This document shows positions 51,340 through 60,983 of a stretch of 64,000 nucleotides of DNA, in pieces. Source of the DNA: a virus (lineage: Duplodnaviria > Caudoviricetes). Both the position numbers and the translations under genes were made by a program. Within the stretch, counting starts at the first letter, position 1. Every line of letters starts with the position of its first letter. The stretch lies in the IMG/VR virus record IMGVR_UViG_3300027542_000004, positions 1-64,000 of that record. The stretch is one strand, 5' to 3'. Under the pieces are notes generated by a model. It was not told where the DNA came from. It worked only from the letters and a program-made list of their open reading frames with translations, and ran no database searches.

Positions 51340-51605
51340 TTTGATGAACCGGTCTGGATGTCGATACGTGCGCCGCACTGCGGACAGATGATGATAGCGG
51401 AATTTGGCTCAAGGTAATCTGTGAATAAAGAAGATACCGGCACTTCCAGCACTTTTGCAATTCGCTCAAGCGTGGATATGTTAGGATTGCCCTTTTCATT
51501 AACGATGTTGCCGAGTGTCTGAGGGGTGATTCCCATCTTTTCCGCGAGGCTTTTAAGGGTCATGCCCTTAGCAGCGACAATGTTCTTGATTCTGAATTTT
51601 GCCAT
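51336..51605 (-). CDS. XRE HTH regulator with zinc ribbon, coupled to fmt
   Basis: GMTLKSLAEKMGITPQ...NP.ISTLERIA; CPQCG; ATGA overlap with fmt. Confidence 0.88.
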   Translation of the reverse strand: MAKFRIKNIVAAKGMTLKSLAEKMGITPQTLGNIVNEKGNPNISTLERIAKVLEVPVSSLFTDYLEPNSAIIICPQCGARIDIQTGSSK

Positions 51606-51794
51606 AGTAAAAGTAAATACTGATTTGGGTAGTTTCTTAATTTTTTTTGCAAAAATACTCTTCCATAGGTACTTATAACGAGTCTAAAGAGTGAAATATT
51701 GTTAAATACTGATTAAAACAATAGTAAATACTTGCTCAATAAATAATATTAGTGTATCTTTGCAGCGGTTTAGTTATAGACCTAATGAGAAAAG

Positions 51795-52118
51795 ATGAAC
51801 CAGACAATTTGTGACATAGAAGAAGACTGGGATGATTACGCCTACGACCATAATTATGACCTCTATGACAGTCTTGATTATGAAGATGACCCGCGTAACC
51901 TGACCGACAGACCATCGCGATTTGTCAAACGTCATATCCTGCCCGGTTTGCACCCTTTGATTGAGGAAATCCGTGCGAAGAATGGCAAGGCTAAGATGGG
52001 CGAACAATTACGATGCCCTATGTGCGGAAGAAAGTTTGTCAAGAAGTCTTATCAACAGAAATTTTGCACAAACAACTGTAAGGTCAAATACCACAACAAA
52101 CGACAGGTATGGTACTGA
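51795..52118 (+). CDS. Zinc-finger protein (paralog of 17884-18159)
   Basis: CPMC...F.K...Q.FC...CK.K.HN. Confidence 0.7.
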   Translation: MNQTICDIEEDWDDYAYDHNYDLYDSLDYEDDPRNLTDRPSRFVKRHILPGLHPLIEEIRAKNGKAKMGEQLRCPMCGRKFVKKSYQQKFCTNNCKVKYHNKRQVWY

Positions 52119-52119
52119 T

Positions 52120-52617
52120 ATGGAAACAACAATAAACAAAGTTACGCCGACAATAGAGCAGATGCGCCACTTGCAATCGCTTGGCGACAAGTGCGAGGGC
52201 GCAAGCATGGTCTATCATCCGGCATCTGCACATTCTGAAATCTTCAAGTTGGAGGTTGGAAATGTGGAACACAAGCGCGAGTTTTGGGCTGAATCCAAAC
52301 GCATTGCATTAGTGGGCGAGGGTTTCTTCGACCGGATGCACGGGCGCGATGTGCCTGCATACACCGCCGATGACATTATGGCGAAATTGCCGGAATCAAT
52401 TCTTATCAACGGTATCTGGCATCTCCTTTTCATAGGCAATAAGCATGTTGACGGCCTGCGTGTCTTCGCGGCATCATATTCTTTCAGGGATGATAGCGGA
52501 AGATTTGTGGCAGCGCGTCAGGATACCGAGTGGGAGTCCACAATCTTTATCCAGTTACTCTATGCCGTGTATCTGTGGTGCATTGAAAACAAACACATCA
52601 ATCTTACGGAAAAATGA
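52120..52617 (+). CDS. Hypothetical protein (paralog of 18161-18592)
   Basis: IEQM..LQ..G; PAYT.DDIM.KLP. Confidence 0.7.
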   Translation: METTINKVTPTIEQMRHLQSLGDKCEGASMVYHPASAHSEIFKLEVGNVEHKREFWAESKRIALVGEGFFDRMHGRDVPAYTADDIMAKLPESILINGIWHLLFIGNKHVDGLRVFAASYSFRDDSGRFVAARQDTEWESTIFIQLLYAVYLWCIENKHINLTEK

Positions 52618-52829
52618 CCATTGAAGAAGTCCTTACACTGATAAGCCGCATCGCATTTATTCGCTGTCAAGGTTGTCTGATTGCCTTTTGGATAATGCTA
52701 TGGCGACAGAACAGAGCGCGGAAGAAGCGCGAAGAAGAATACAGACGTGACTTTGAAGCCTTGCAGAATCTTTCGGGCGAGGAATATTGGAAAGCCTACG
52801 CTAAATTTAAGCAAAAGTACATCAAATAA
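52614..52829 (+). CDS. Small hypothetical protein
   Basis: Coupled ORF. Confidence 0.5.
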   Translation: MTIEEVLTLISRIAFIRCQGCLIAFWIMLWRQNRARKKREEEYRRDFEALQNLSGEEYWKAYAKFKQKYIK

Positions 52830-52837
52830 ATAATGAC

Positions 52838-53407
52838 ATGAAATTACTGTTTTTCGATTTAGAAACGACCGGTACGCTGGTCAACAAGCACGGAATACAC
52901 CAAATGTCCGGCTTCATCGTAATCGACGGCGAAATCAAGGAGAAATTCAATCTTCATGTTCGCCCCAATCCAATGGCGCAGATTGACCCCGCCGCATTAG
53001 AGGTGGCAGGTGTGACGGAAGCGCAAATCAAGGCTTACCCTCCGATGGAGCAGGTGTACGCCGGCTTCGTTGATAAGCTATCCCAGTACGTTGACCGCTA
53101 CAACAAGAAAGACAAATTCTTTCTCGTCGGCTATAACAACGCATCATTCGACAATCAGTTTCTCCGTGCGTGGTTCATTCAGAACGGCGATAAATACTTC
53201 GGCTCATGGTTTTGGGCAAACAGCATAGACGTGATGATAATGGCGACTCCTTACCTCGCTGAACGTCGCGCCGAGATGGAAAACTTCAAACAAGGCACGG
53301 TCGCCAAAACCCTCGGCATAGTCGTGGAAGATGACAAGCTACACGATGCACTCTACGACATCGAAATCTGCAAAGCCATCTACGACAAGGTTTGTGGAAA
53401 GTATTAA
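52838..53407 (+). CDS. DEDDh 3'-5' exonuclease (DnaQ-like)
   Basis: DLETTG, YN..FD..FL, HDALYD. Confidence 0.9.
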   Translation: MKLLFFDLETTGTLVNKHGIHQMSGFIVIDGEIKEKFNLHVRPNPMAQIDPAALEVAGVTEAQIKAYPPMEQVYAGFVDKLSQYVDRYNKKDKFFLVGYNNASFDNQFLRAWFIQNGDKYFGSWFWANSIDVMIMATPYLAERRAEMENFKQGTVAKTLGIVVEDDKLHDALYDIEICKAIYDKVCGKY

Positions 53408-53426
53408 CCCCTAACCATCATACCAA

Positions 53427-54209
53427 ATGAGAATCAAGAAGCAAAAATCGTTCAAGAACGGTACGGTGTACTGCCTTGAGCTGGAAGACGGAATGTTGGT
53501 TGAAACAACCGACACCTTTCTGCCTTACTACACCAAAGACGCAATCGGTCGCAAGCAGAATTTTCTTGACAACAATCAGCTCGGTAGTCGTGCGGAACGC
53601 TGGATGATAGGCGTATCCACAATGAGCGGATGCCCGGTTCATTGCAAATTCTGCGCTACCGGCAACATGAAGCGTTGGCGCAATCTTACGGCTGACGAAA
53701 TTGTCGGTCAGGTGGAATTTGCCATCGCACAGGCAGGATTCAACCCGGCAGATGCCCGCGAGTTCAAAATCAACTACACGCGCATGGGTGAGCCTTTCTT
53801 GAACATCGACGCAGTTAAAGAAGCCATTGCCCGCATCACGGAAAAATATCCGAACACACATCACTACGTTTCAACCATCGGCATCGCCGGCAGCGATTTC
53901 TCTTTTGTCAAGGGGAACGTGACGCTCCAGATAAGTCTGCATAGCTTTGACGATGACAAGCGTAACTGGCTTATCCCTTACCCCAAGAAGATGACCATCG
54001 AAGAGCTGGGGCGCATACGCACGGAAAGCAACCTTAAAACGACCATCAACCTTACACTCGTTGACGAGTCGGATTTCGATGCTGAAAAGCTGGCGAAGTA
54101 TTTTGACAAGGATTATTTCTTTGTCAAGCTATCGCCCATCAATCCCAACAGCATATCGGAAAAGAACAATCTCGGTAACGGTGTTATCGAGGGCGTGAAC
54201 ATTGTATAA
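53427..54209 (+). CDS. RlmN/Cfr-like radical SAM protein, N-terminal part
   Basis: GCPVHCKFCATG, RNLT.DEIV.QV, MGEP..N, VST.G, ISLH. Confidence 0.85.
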   Translation: MRIKKQKSFKNGTVYCLELEDGMLVETTDTFLPYYTKDAIGRKQNFLDNNQLGSRAERWMIGVSTMSGCPVHCKFCATGNMKRWRNLTADEIVGQVEFAIAQAGFNPADAREFKINYTRMGEPFLNIDAVKEAIARITEKYPNTHHYVSTIGIAGSDFSFVKGNVTLQISLHSFDDDKRNWLIPYPKKMTIEELGRIRTESNLKTTINLTLVDESDFDAEKLAKYFDKDYFFVKLSPINPNSISEKNNLGNGVIEGVNIV

Positions 54210-54229
54210 CCACTTAACACAACAACCAC

Positions 54230-54349
54230 ATGGAAGCAATCAAGAAACAGCTTGAATCTATGGGTTACGATTATGCGGTAGCAATCGCAACCAAGTCGGA
54301 AATCGAAAACGGTGCTGCCTGCGGACAGCTCGCAATCATCGCCGAGTAA
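54230..54349 (+). CDS. 39 aa peptide carrying the RlmN C-terminal AACGQL motif
   Basis: MEAIKKQLESMGYDYAVAIATKSEIENGAACGQLAIIAE, own ATG and A/C-rich leader. Confidence 0.75.
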   Translation: MEAIKKQLESMGYDYAVAIATKSEIENGAACGQLAIIAE

Positions 54350-54359
54350 CCCGGAAACC

Positions 54360-54397
54360 GGCGGCTTGAGGAGTGCTTCGGTATTCTTCAAGTCGCC
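54360..54397 (+). other. 17-bp RNA hairpin with C(UUCG)G loop
   Basis: GGCGGCTTGAGGAGTGC-TTCG-GTATTCTTCAAGTCGCC, four G-U pairs. Confidence 0.7.
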
Positions 54398-54412
54398 ATT
54401 ATCCTTGAAACG

Positions 54413-54877
54413 ATGGAAAAATTTCTATTGATACTCCCGGTGGTTGGTATGATTGTCGTTGTGGGCATCCCACTATGGGCATACCTGTCTTTCAAATCAT
54501 ACAAGCGGAAACTGCGCCGCGTCTATGACGAAATCAAGATTGGCGACCGCTACAAGTTTGAAATGCCGCCTCTACATCCGTTTGACGAATCTCATGTTTA
54601 CAAGGCGACTATTATAGGCAAGACGTTAGCCCGTGGAAAATCCCCGTGGGTGCAATATCGCTACGATGATATGCTATATCCGCAATACGAGAATAGATTT
54701 GCCAAGACCATCACAAAAGGTCTGATGGAAAGCCTTATCGAAGAGGCGAAGAAGCACATCGCCGAACACGAAAGCAACCCCAAATCAATGGTACATCCGG
54801 AGGTTCTTGCGCATTGGAAGAAAATCGCGCAAGGCATCCCTCCTTTCGGATACAAGGTCGTAGATGAAAAATTCTGA
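54413..54877 (+). CDS. Membrane-anchored hypothetical protein
   Basis: N-terminal hydrophobic helix. Confidence 0.6.
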   Translation: MEKFLLILPVVGMIVVVGIPLWAYLSFKSYKRKLRRVYDEIKIGDRYKFEMPPLHPFDESHVYKATIIGKTLARGKSPWVQYRYDDMLYPQYENRFAKTITKGLMESLIEEAKKHIAEHESNPKSMVHPEVLAHWKKIAQGIPPFGYKVVDEKF

Positions 54878-54896
54878 CTTAATATCATAAAACAAA

Positions 54897-56027
54897 ATGA
54901 AATTTACCATCAACAGTAAGGCTCTTTTGAGCCGTCTGGTTGCCGCCGGCAAAGCCGTAAGCAACCGACCCACGATTTCCATTCTGGGCAATTTCATGTT
55001 CGCCCTTGATGGGAAGACCGTCACAATCACCGCATCCGATACCGACAACGTGGTAATATCGCGCATTGAAGCCAACGATGCCGAGGGTGCTGGTAGTGTC
55101 TGCATCGATGCAAAGCGCGTCACGGAACTGCTCAAGGCAATGCCGGATTGCCCCGTGGTGTTTGACATCAACGATTCAACCCACGCAACCATCATCCGCT
55201 ACACCAACGGAAAATACAATCTGTCTGGTCTGCCCACCATAGACTATCCCATTGGCGAGGCTGACGAAACGGAAGTCAAGGGCGTATTCACAATGCCAGC
55301 TTCGCAGATTCTCAAGGCACTGGATGTTGTCGGCTTCGCTACATCCAACGATGAACTCCGCCCCATGCTGAACGGAGTGTATTGGGATATTACGGAAGAT
55401 GCCGTTACATTCGTGGCAACCGACACCCATGTACTTGCAAAGTATCGTAGTACGCAGACCGCCCCCGGCAAGGTCATGAGCTTCAATCTGCCCAGTAAGT
55501 CAATCGCGCTTATCCGTGCGTTCATCGGAAAGCAGAGCGACATAAAGCTGACGGTCAGCGAAAGATTCGTCATCTTTGAGGGTAGCGACTTCAAGGTGCG
55601 CTCTACGCTTTATAATGGAATGTACCCGAACTACAACCGCGTTATTCCCGTCAATCAGCCCATCTCTATCACGGTTGACCGCATGGACTTCGCTAACGCT
55701 ATCACACGTGTTGCCATCTGCGCTGACGCACAGACACCGGTGCTTCGCCTCAAGATTGCAGACGGAAAGATTGACATCGTGGCGCAGGACATCAGCTTCA
55801 ACATCGGCGGCGAGGAGAAAGTGACGTGCGACTACAACGGAACACCGCTTGAAATCGGATTCAGTTCAATCTACCTCAAGGGCGTACTTAACGCGATGAA
55901 CACGCAGAACGTCGTGATAAAGCTGGCGGAGGCAAGCCGACCCGGATTGTTCCTACCCGCTGAAAACGACGAATACGGCGAACTTACGCTTTTGTGTATG
56001 CCCATAAATATCCAGCAAACGACTTAA
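54897..56027 (+). CDS. dnaN: DNA polymerase III beta sliding clamp
   Basis: 376 aa; DELRP.LNGV, VATD.H.L, YPNY.RVIP, IGF, MP. Confidence 0.93.
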   Translation: MKFTINSKALLSRLVAAGKAVSNRPTISILGNFMFALDGKTVTITASDTDNVVISRIEANDAEGAGSVCIDAKRVTELLKAMPDCPVVFDINDSTHATIIRYTNGKYNLSGLPTIDYPIGEADETEVKGVFTMPASQILKALDVVGFATSNDELRPMLNGVYWDITEDAVTFVATDTHVLAKYRSTQTAPGKVMSFNLPSKSIALIRAFIGKQSDIKLTVSERFVIFEGSDFKVRSTLYNGMYPNYNRVIPVNQPISITVDRMDFANAITRVAICADAQTPVLRLKIADGKIDIVAQDISFNIGGEEKVTCDYNGTPLEIGFSSIYLKGVLNAMNTQNVVIKLAEASRPGLFLPAENDEYGELTLLCMPINIQQTT

Positions 56028-56326
56028 TGGGAAAAGAAAGAGGCGATTTAGCCGTAGGCAGAAAGTTCAATTTCAGAAACCATCACATCTATGCTTGTCA
56101 ACATGGGATTGATACCCAAGAGATGCTTAAACAGGTTATAAAGCAGGAAAAGGAATGGTGCGAAAGGAGCATATTCCTTGCAATTCAGCTCCATAATCTG
56201 ATTGAATATGACGTAGAGGTGGATGATAATTATGAAGTGACTATTCATGCACGGCTTCGGGGCGTTGTGCCGCCCGAAAAGATGGAAGATGTAAGACGCC
56301 AGTCTAATGAAGAAAGCAATAAATAA
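56027..56326 (+). CDS. Hypothetical protein
   Basis: TAATG-coupled ORF. Confidence 0.55.
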   Translation: MGKERGDLAVGRKFNFRNHHIYACQHGIDTQEMLKQVIKQEKEWCERSIFLAIQLHNLIEYDVEVDDNYEVTIHARLRGVVPPEKMEDVRRQSNEESNK

Positions 56327-56450
56327 AATCAAAGACATCCTATTTGGGATTTTCGCAATTATCGTCTGTCTTATTCTTGCCGTCGTGCTTTGGCTGACGG
56401 GAGATAAGATGGATGATGATTACGACCCGTGGGATTGCTATCAGTAAGCT

Positions 56451-56906
56451 ATGCAGAGAATCATTAAATTTCGCGGAAAATCCGTTGCTGACGGTACATG
56501 GGTCTATGGCGACTTAATCCACATGAAAGGACGCAAGGTTGCGATATGGCCCACGGAAGAGAAATACGATGGTGGCGCGATTGAGGTTATACCCGCTTCG
56601 GTGGGTCAGTACACCAATTCACGCGACTGCCTCAAGAAAGAAATCTACGAGGGTGACATTGTGCGCCAGAAATGGGAAACCACAGTGATAGATGAACACG
56701 ATGACGCATATTCAGCAAAAGGAACGCAGACCGGAATTGTGGTGCTACGCACGAGGGGAGTCTGCATGTCACCCTGCCTGAAAGAAAACGACCTTACGGA
56801 AGATGCGCTGCTGACAAAGAATGTACCTGTTACCGGGTGGCGTTCTGAAATCATCGGCAATACAACCGACAATCCCTCACTATTTGAGGAAATCTGTAAC
56901 CCTTAA
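56451..56906 (+). CDS. YopX-family protein
   Basis: IKFRGK...WVYGDL, VGQYT...D....EIYEGDIV, EIIGN. Confidence 0.9.
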   Translation: MQRIIKFRGKSVADGTWVYGDLIHMKGRKVAIWPTEEKYDGGAIEVIPASVGQYTNSRDCLKKEIYEGDIVRQKWETTVIDEHDDAYSAKGTQTGIVVLRTRGVCMSPCLKENDLTEDALLTKNVPVTGWRSEIIGNTTDNPSLFEEICNP

Positions 56907-56925
56907 CCAATTAACCCCAACTGCA

Positions 56926-57627
56926 ATGAAAAAGTACATCGGTACGAAGACGCTTAACGCCGAGCCTATGACAAAGGGCGAGGCTTATGACCGTTCTTTA
57001 CTGCGTGGTGGAATAACACCCGTAGAGCGTGAAATCCTCGGCTATCATGTCGTTTATCCTGACGGCTATGAAAGCTGGTCGCCCAAAGACGTATTTGATG
57101 CGGCCTACAATGTCGCCGACACATTACTTGACCGCCTTAACATCGAATACAAAGAGCTTGACAAGAAAGCCGGCAAAATCGTTGAGTTCAGACTGACGGA
57201 AGCCTATAAGAATCTGCGCGACACCGACCGCGCCATGCTTGATGTTCAGTTCGACACCATGATTAGCTATCTGAGCATCCTCGGTTGTCGCTCTACATCA
57301 GTGGAAACAGGTCAGGGCGGCTTCTGCGGTCTTGACTTCGGCACGGCAATCCATCTCCTTGAACGTGGATACGTCATCCGTCGCAGCGGATGGAACGGCA
57401 AGGATATTGTCGTGTTCAAGCAAGTGCCGTCAAGCATCAAGAGCGACATCATTCCCAACATGCAATCCCTGCCCCTCAAGGCTAAAGAACTTATCATGGC
57501 CGGAAACAAGCGTATAGACTACACCTCGCAGTGTCTTATCTATAACACGAAGACTGGTCGCGCCGATAGTTGGGTTCCATCTATCAGCGACGTGTTCGCC
57601 CATGACTGGGAGCTTGTAGCCGACTAA
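56926..57627 (+). CDS. Multi-domain protein with C-terminal DUF2829 (Tad2-like) domain
   Basis: DFG.AI..L..G..IRR.GWNGK...WVPS.SD.FA.DWE; N-terminal Y.DGY.SWSPK.VF..AY. Confidence 0.78.
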   Translation: MKKYIGTKTLNAEPMTKGEAYDRSLLRGGITPVEREILGYHVVYPDGYESWSPKDVFDAAYNVADTLLDRLNIEYKELDKKAGKIVEFRLTEAYKNLRDTDRAMLDVQFDTMISYLSILGCRSTSVETGQGGFCGLDFGTAIHLLERGYVIRRSGWNGKDIVVFKQVPSSIKSDIIPNMQSLPLKAKELIMAGNKRIDYTSQCLIYNTKTGRADSWVPSISDVFAHDWELVAD

Positions 57628-57665
57628 TCAATCATCCTATCTACCACGTGTAGAAAAGGAAACGG

Positions 57666-57702
57666 CGGCGTAGGCCGCGACAAGTCTGCGCCGCCTGCTT
57701 TT
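57666..57702 (+). terminator. Probable terminator
   Basis: GGCGGCGTAGGC...GTCTGCGCCGCC followed by T-rich tail. Confidence 0.55.
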
Positions 57703-57725
57703 ACCAATCACTAACATCACAAGAA

Positions 57726-59202
57726 ATGAGCAAGCAAGAACTTATAGAAGCATTGGAAAGTATGCCCGACGATGCCGTACTCTTTGTGGATGGCGGCTTT
57801 TACAATCTGGTTGAGGTCAGCAATGTAAAATACGACCCGTCGCAGAATATTATCGTCATCGAATAAAGTTATGACCGAGGAAGAAAAACGCGAGGCTTAC
57901 GTCCGCACGGTGTTTGCCGGAAATGATGGCGACGTGTTCACGCGAAGCGACCTCCGCGCCTACATTGAAGAAGCATGGTCTGCCGGCTATGATGAGGGTG
58001 CGCGTGATTTTGGCGACACGGTAACGAATTATCCATTTCCATTAAGCGTATGGCCAACGCCCCTTTCCCGTTTTCAAGCCGATAAGCTGGCTAAAGAATT
58101 TGAAGCCCTTGACGAGATATGCAAGGACAGCGGATGTCGGGATGCGCTTATAAAAACGCTTTTTGAAGAAGCGGAAAAACAAGCCGAAGCGTTTATGCCA
58201 CGTGACCTTATCGGCTCGGTTGAATACTTCGGCGACAAGTTAAAACTATTAAGACTGAAATCAAATGAACGAACAGACGGAAAACAGCAAAGCAACTCTT
58301 AAAGACTGGCTAACATTCATCATCTTCACAATAGTAATCCTTTCATTAGGTATCATAGCCGGTTTTTCAGCGGGAAGAAAACACCCGGCAGCATCGGTTA
58401 AGGATGAATGGCTGTCAGATGTGCGCAAGGAGGTTAATCTCTTGGAGTCATCTTTCAAGGAAGCGGAAGAAGAATATCAGTTTGGCATCGAACTGCGCGA
58501 CTCCATCATTACCGCCATGAAGCGCGAAATCAGAAAAGGCGACAACGCCGAAGTTCCTATCAAAGTAAATATCAACATTACCGATGATAATAGCAAATAA
58601 AGACCTTGTAAGTGGTGATTACGTCAATCTTGATGCTGCTATTGCCTTGAGTAAGGTTGGCTATGACGTGCCGACGCATACTCATTACACCGGATATAAG
58701 GGTTACGGAAGCGTCAGCCTTACATCCAACACTGAAAAGCTGACAGGTGTAGGCAGTATGGTTGATAGACCCATCTTGCAAAAGGCGGTGGAATGGCTGC
58801 GCGAGCGTCGCAACATCTGCCTACGCATCAACTACGTCATGCAGACGCGCAAGTGGTTTTTCGACTACCTGAATATGAAAGATGGGAGCTATGACGATAG
58901 CACATCCACCTACGATGACACAACGGGCTATTACGATAGTTACAACGATGCCGTCAACGCCGGAATAGTTGCCATCTGCGAACACATCAAGGACAATGAA
59001 GATACGACAGGCGAAGAAAATCCTATTGGGTAAGAATACATCCCGCGACTGCTACCGCCGTATGCGCCCCGCCTATGAACGCGAAGACGGCACTATGGTA
59101 TTTCCATCATGGCATGACATTCCACGGATAGCAAGGGTGAACAAACGACTACTCAGATACATTAACCGATTAAGCAATGAAGACAAAGAAAAACTTCTTT
59201 AA
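57726..59202 (+). CDS. Run of hypothetical ORFs (57726-57866, 57871-58302, 58265-58600, 58584-59033, 58996-59202)
   Basis: Overlapping plus-strand ORFs; 58265 has a TM helix. Confidence 0.6.
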
Positions 59203-60010
59203 GGGTAAATCCTTATACCGACCCACCGGCAAGGCTGGCGAATATTCCGCTTGGGCTTGCAACTTCTATACCGGGTGTTCAAATAACTGTTCATACTGCT
59301 ACTGCAAGCGTGGCGTTATGAGCCATGTATGGAGCGAAGAGCCGATGTTTAAAAAATGCTTCAAGGACAACGACCATGCCATAGCGGTGTTTGAAAAGGA
59401 AATGCTCGCAAACATCGACGAACTGCGTAAGACGGGCATCTTTTTCAGCTTCACTACCGACCCCATGATACCCGGCAAGACGCTTGAGCTTACGATGGAA
59501 GCGGTCAGCCTTGGGCTGCGTAATGACGTGCCGGTGCAGATACTTACCAAACGTGCGGATTGGCTTGATGCCGAGACGTGGAAAGCCATGTGCGCTACCA
59601 TCAATCCCGACTACAAGAAAATCGCCATTGGCTTCACACTGACAAGGCGTGATGACCTTGAGCCGGGTGCAAGTCCGCATACGGAACGCATAGCCGCCAT
59701 GAAGCGTTGTCACGAACTGGGATGTCACACTTTCGCAAGTATTGAGCCGATTGTCGATATAGCCAATTCGGAATGGGCGATGAGTGATGCCTATCCCTAC
59801 TGCGAACTGTTCAAGGTTGGTCTGATGAGCGGCGGCGCGAAACCCGACAAGCACGAACTGAAAACACTTGTTGACAGATGGAATAGCACACTTGACAAGT
59901 CAGGCAAGAAGATATATTGGAAGCAGAGCGTAGTTGACTATCTGGGCGATGATTTCACGTTCTGGATGGACTCCTGCGTAGATGCCGACTACAACATATT
60001 CGACTATTAG
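59177..60010 (+). CDS. Radical SAM protein (spore-photoproduct-lyase-like branch)
   Basis: N.YTGCSNNCSYCY, FTTDP, ILTK, EPGAS, SIEP. Confidence 0.82.
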   Translation: MKTKKNFFKGKSLYRPTGKAGEYSAWACNFYTGCSNNCSYCYCKRGVMSHVWSEEPMFKKCFKDNDHAIAVFEKEMLANIDELRKTGIFFSFTTDPMIPGKTLELTMEAVSLGLRNDVPVQILTKRADWLDAETWKAMCATINPDYKKIAIGFTLTRRDDLEPGASPHTERIAAMKRCHELGCHTFASIEPIVDIANSEWAMSDAYPYCELFKVGLMSGGAKPDKHELKTLVDRWNSTLDKSGKKIYWKQSVVDYLGDDFTFWMDSCVDADYNIFDY

Positions 60011-60214
60011 TATTGTTTTAAGGTAAATAAGATTGTTATTATAAATTGTACTTTTGCGGAGCGTGTCGTTGTGAAACGGTGCGCTTTTTTCGTTCTATTC
60101 CGTAGAAAGTTACGACCAAATAAATAAAGTCGTGAGTGTGCGTTTCCTTAATAATGTGGTTGCTTTATTTAGTCGTAGTTTTGCGTAGAATACTTAAACC
60201 CCAAACTACATCCA

Positions 60215-60961
60215 ATGAAAGCTAAAATCTTTGCAAAACTAAAACAGGAGTATTCCTCTCTTGGGTTAGGCGATGAATATCTGATGTCAAAAGCCGATTC
60301 CCTTGCAGCGACCGGTCTTGTGACTGACGATAACATCGATGCTGTCGTGGCTTGCCAGCGTAAGGAGCTTGAGGGTCTTCAGAAAGCCAACGATAAGCGC
60401 GTCACTGATGCGCTTGAAAAAGAGCGTAAGAAGCATGAAGAAGAAACTCGCAAAAAGGAGCAGGAAGCCGAAGAAGCCCGTCGCAAAGCCGAGGAAGAAG
60501 CCGCCGCCAAAAAGAAAGGCGAGCATACCGACCCGGTTACAAACCCCGACGTTGAAGCCCTCCGCAAGCAGGTGGAAGAGCTGACCGCCGCCGGCAAGAA
60601 GCGCGACGAAGAATATGCGGCCAACCTGAAAACGCTTACCGAATCACGTGACAGTCTTGGAAAGCAGGTCAAGGAACTTGTTGACAAGAACGCCGCATCG
60701 GAAGCAGCCGCAGCCAAGGCAGCACGCAATGCGATGATAATGGCGAAAGCCAAAGAGTTGGGCGTTCCCCAGTGGCGTATCGACGAGGGCTTCACAATCG
60801 CGGAAGACGCGAGCGAGGAGGTCATCACCGAAACGCTGACAAAGGTTGCGAACAATATCAACACAAACATCCTGCCGGGTAGTCGTGGCGGATTCCCCCT
60901 CGCCGGCAACGAGCCGACTAAGGAAGACCTCGCTTCGATAGCTGCAAGCCTTGTTAAGTAA
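60215..60961 (+). CDS. Probable capsid scaffolding protein
   Basis: Coiled-coil, Lys/Glu-rich; first head gene. Confidence 0.7.
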   Translation: MKAKIFAKLKQEYSSLGLGDEYLMSKADSLAATGLVTDDNIDAVVACQRKELEGLQKANDKRVTDALEKERKKHEEETRKKEQEAEEARRKAEEEAAAKKKGEHTDPVTNPDVEALRKQVEELTAAGKKRDEEYAANLKTLTESRDSLGKQVKELVDKNAASEAAAAKAARNAMIMAKAKELGVPQWRIDEGFTIAEDASEEVITETLTKVANNINTNILPGSRGGFPLAGNEPTKEDLASIAASLVK

Positions 60962-60983
60962 CAACTAAACCCCAACGAGAATT

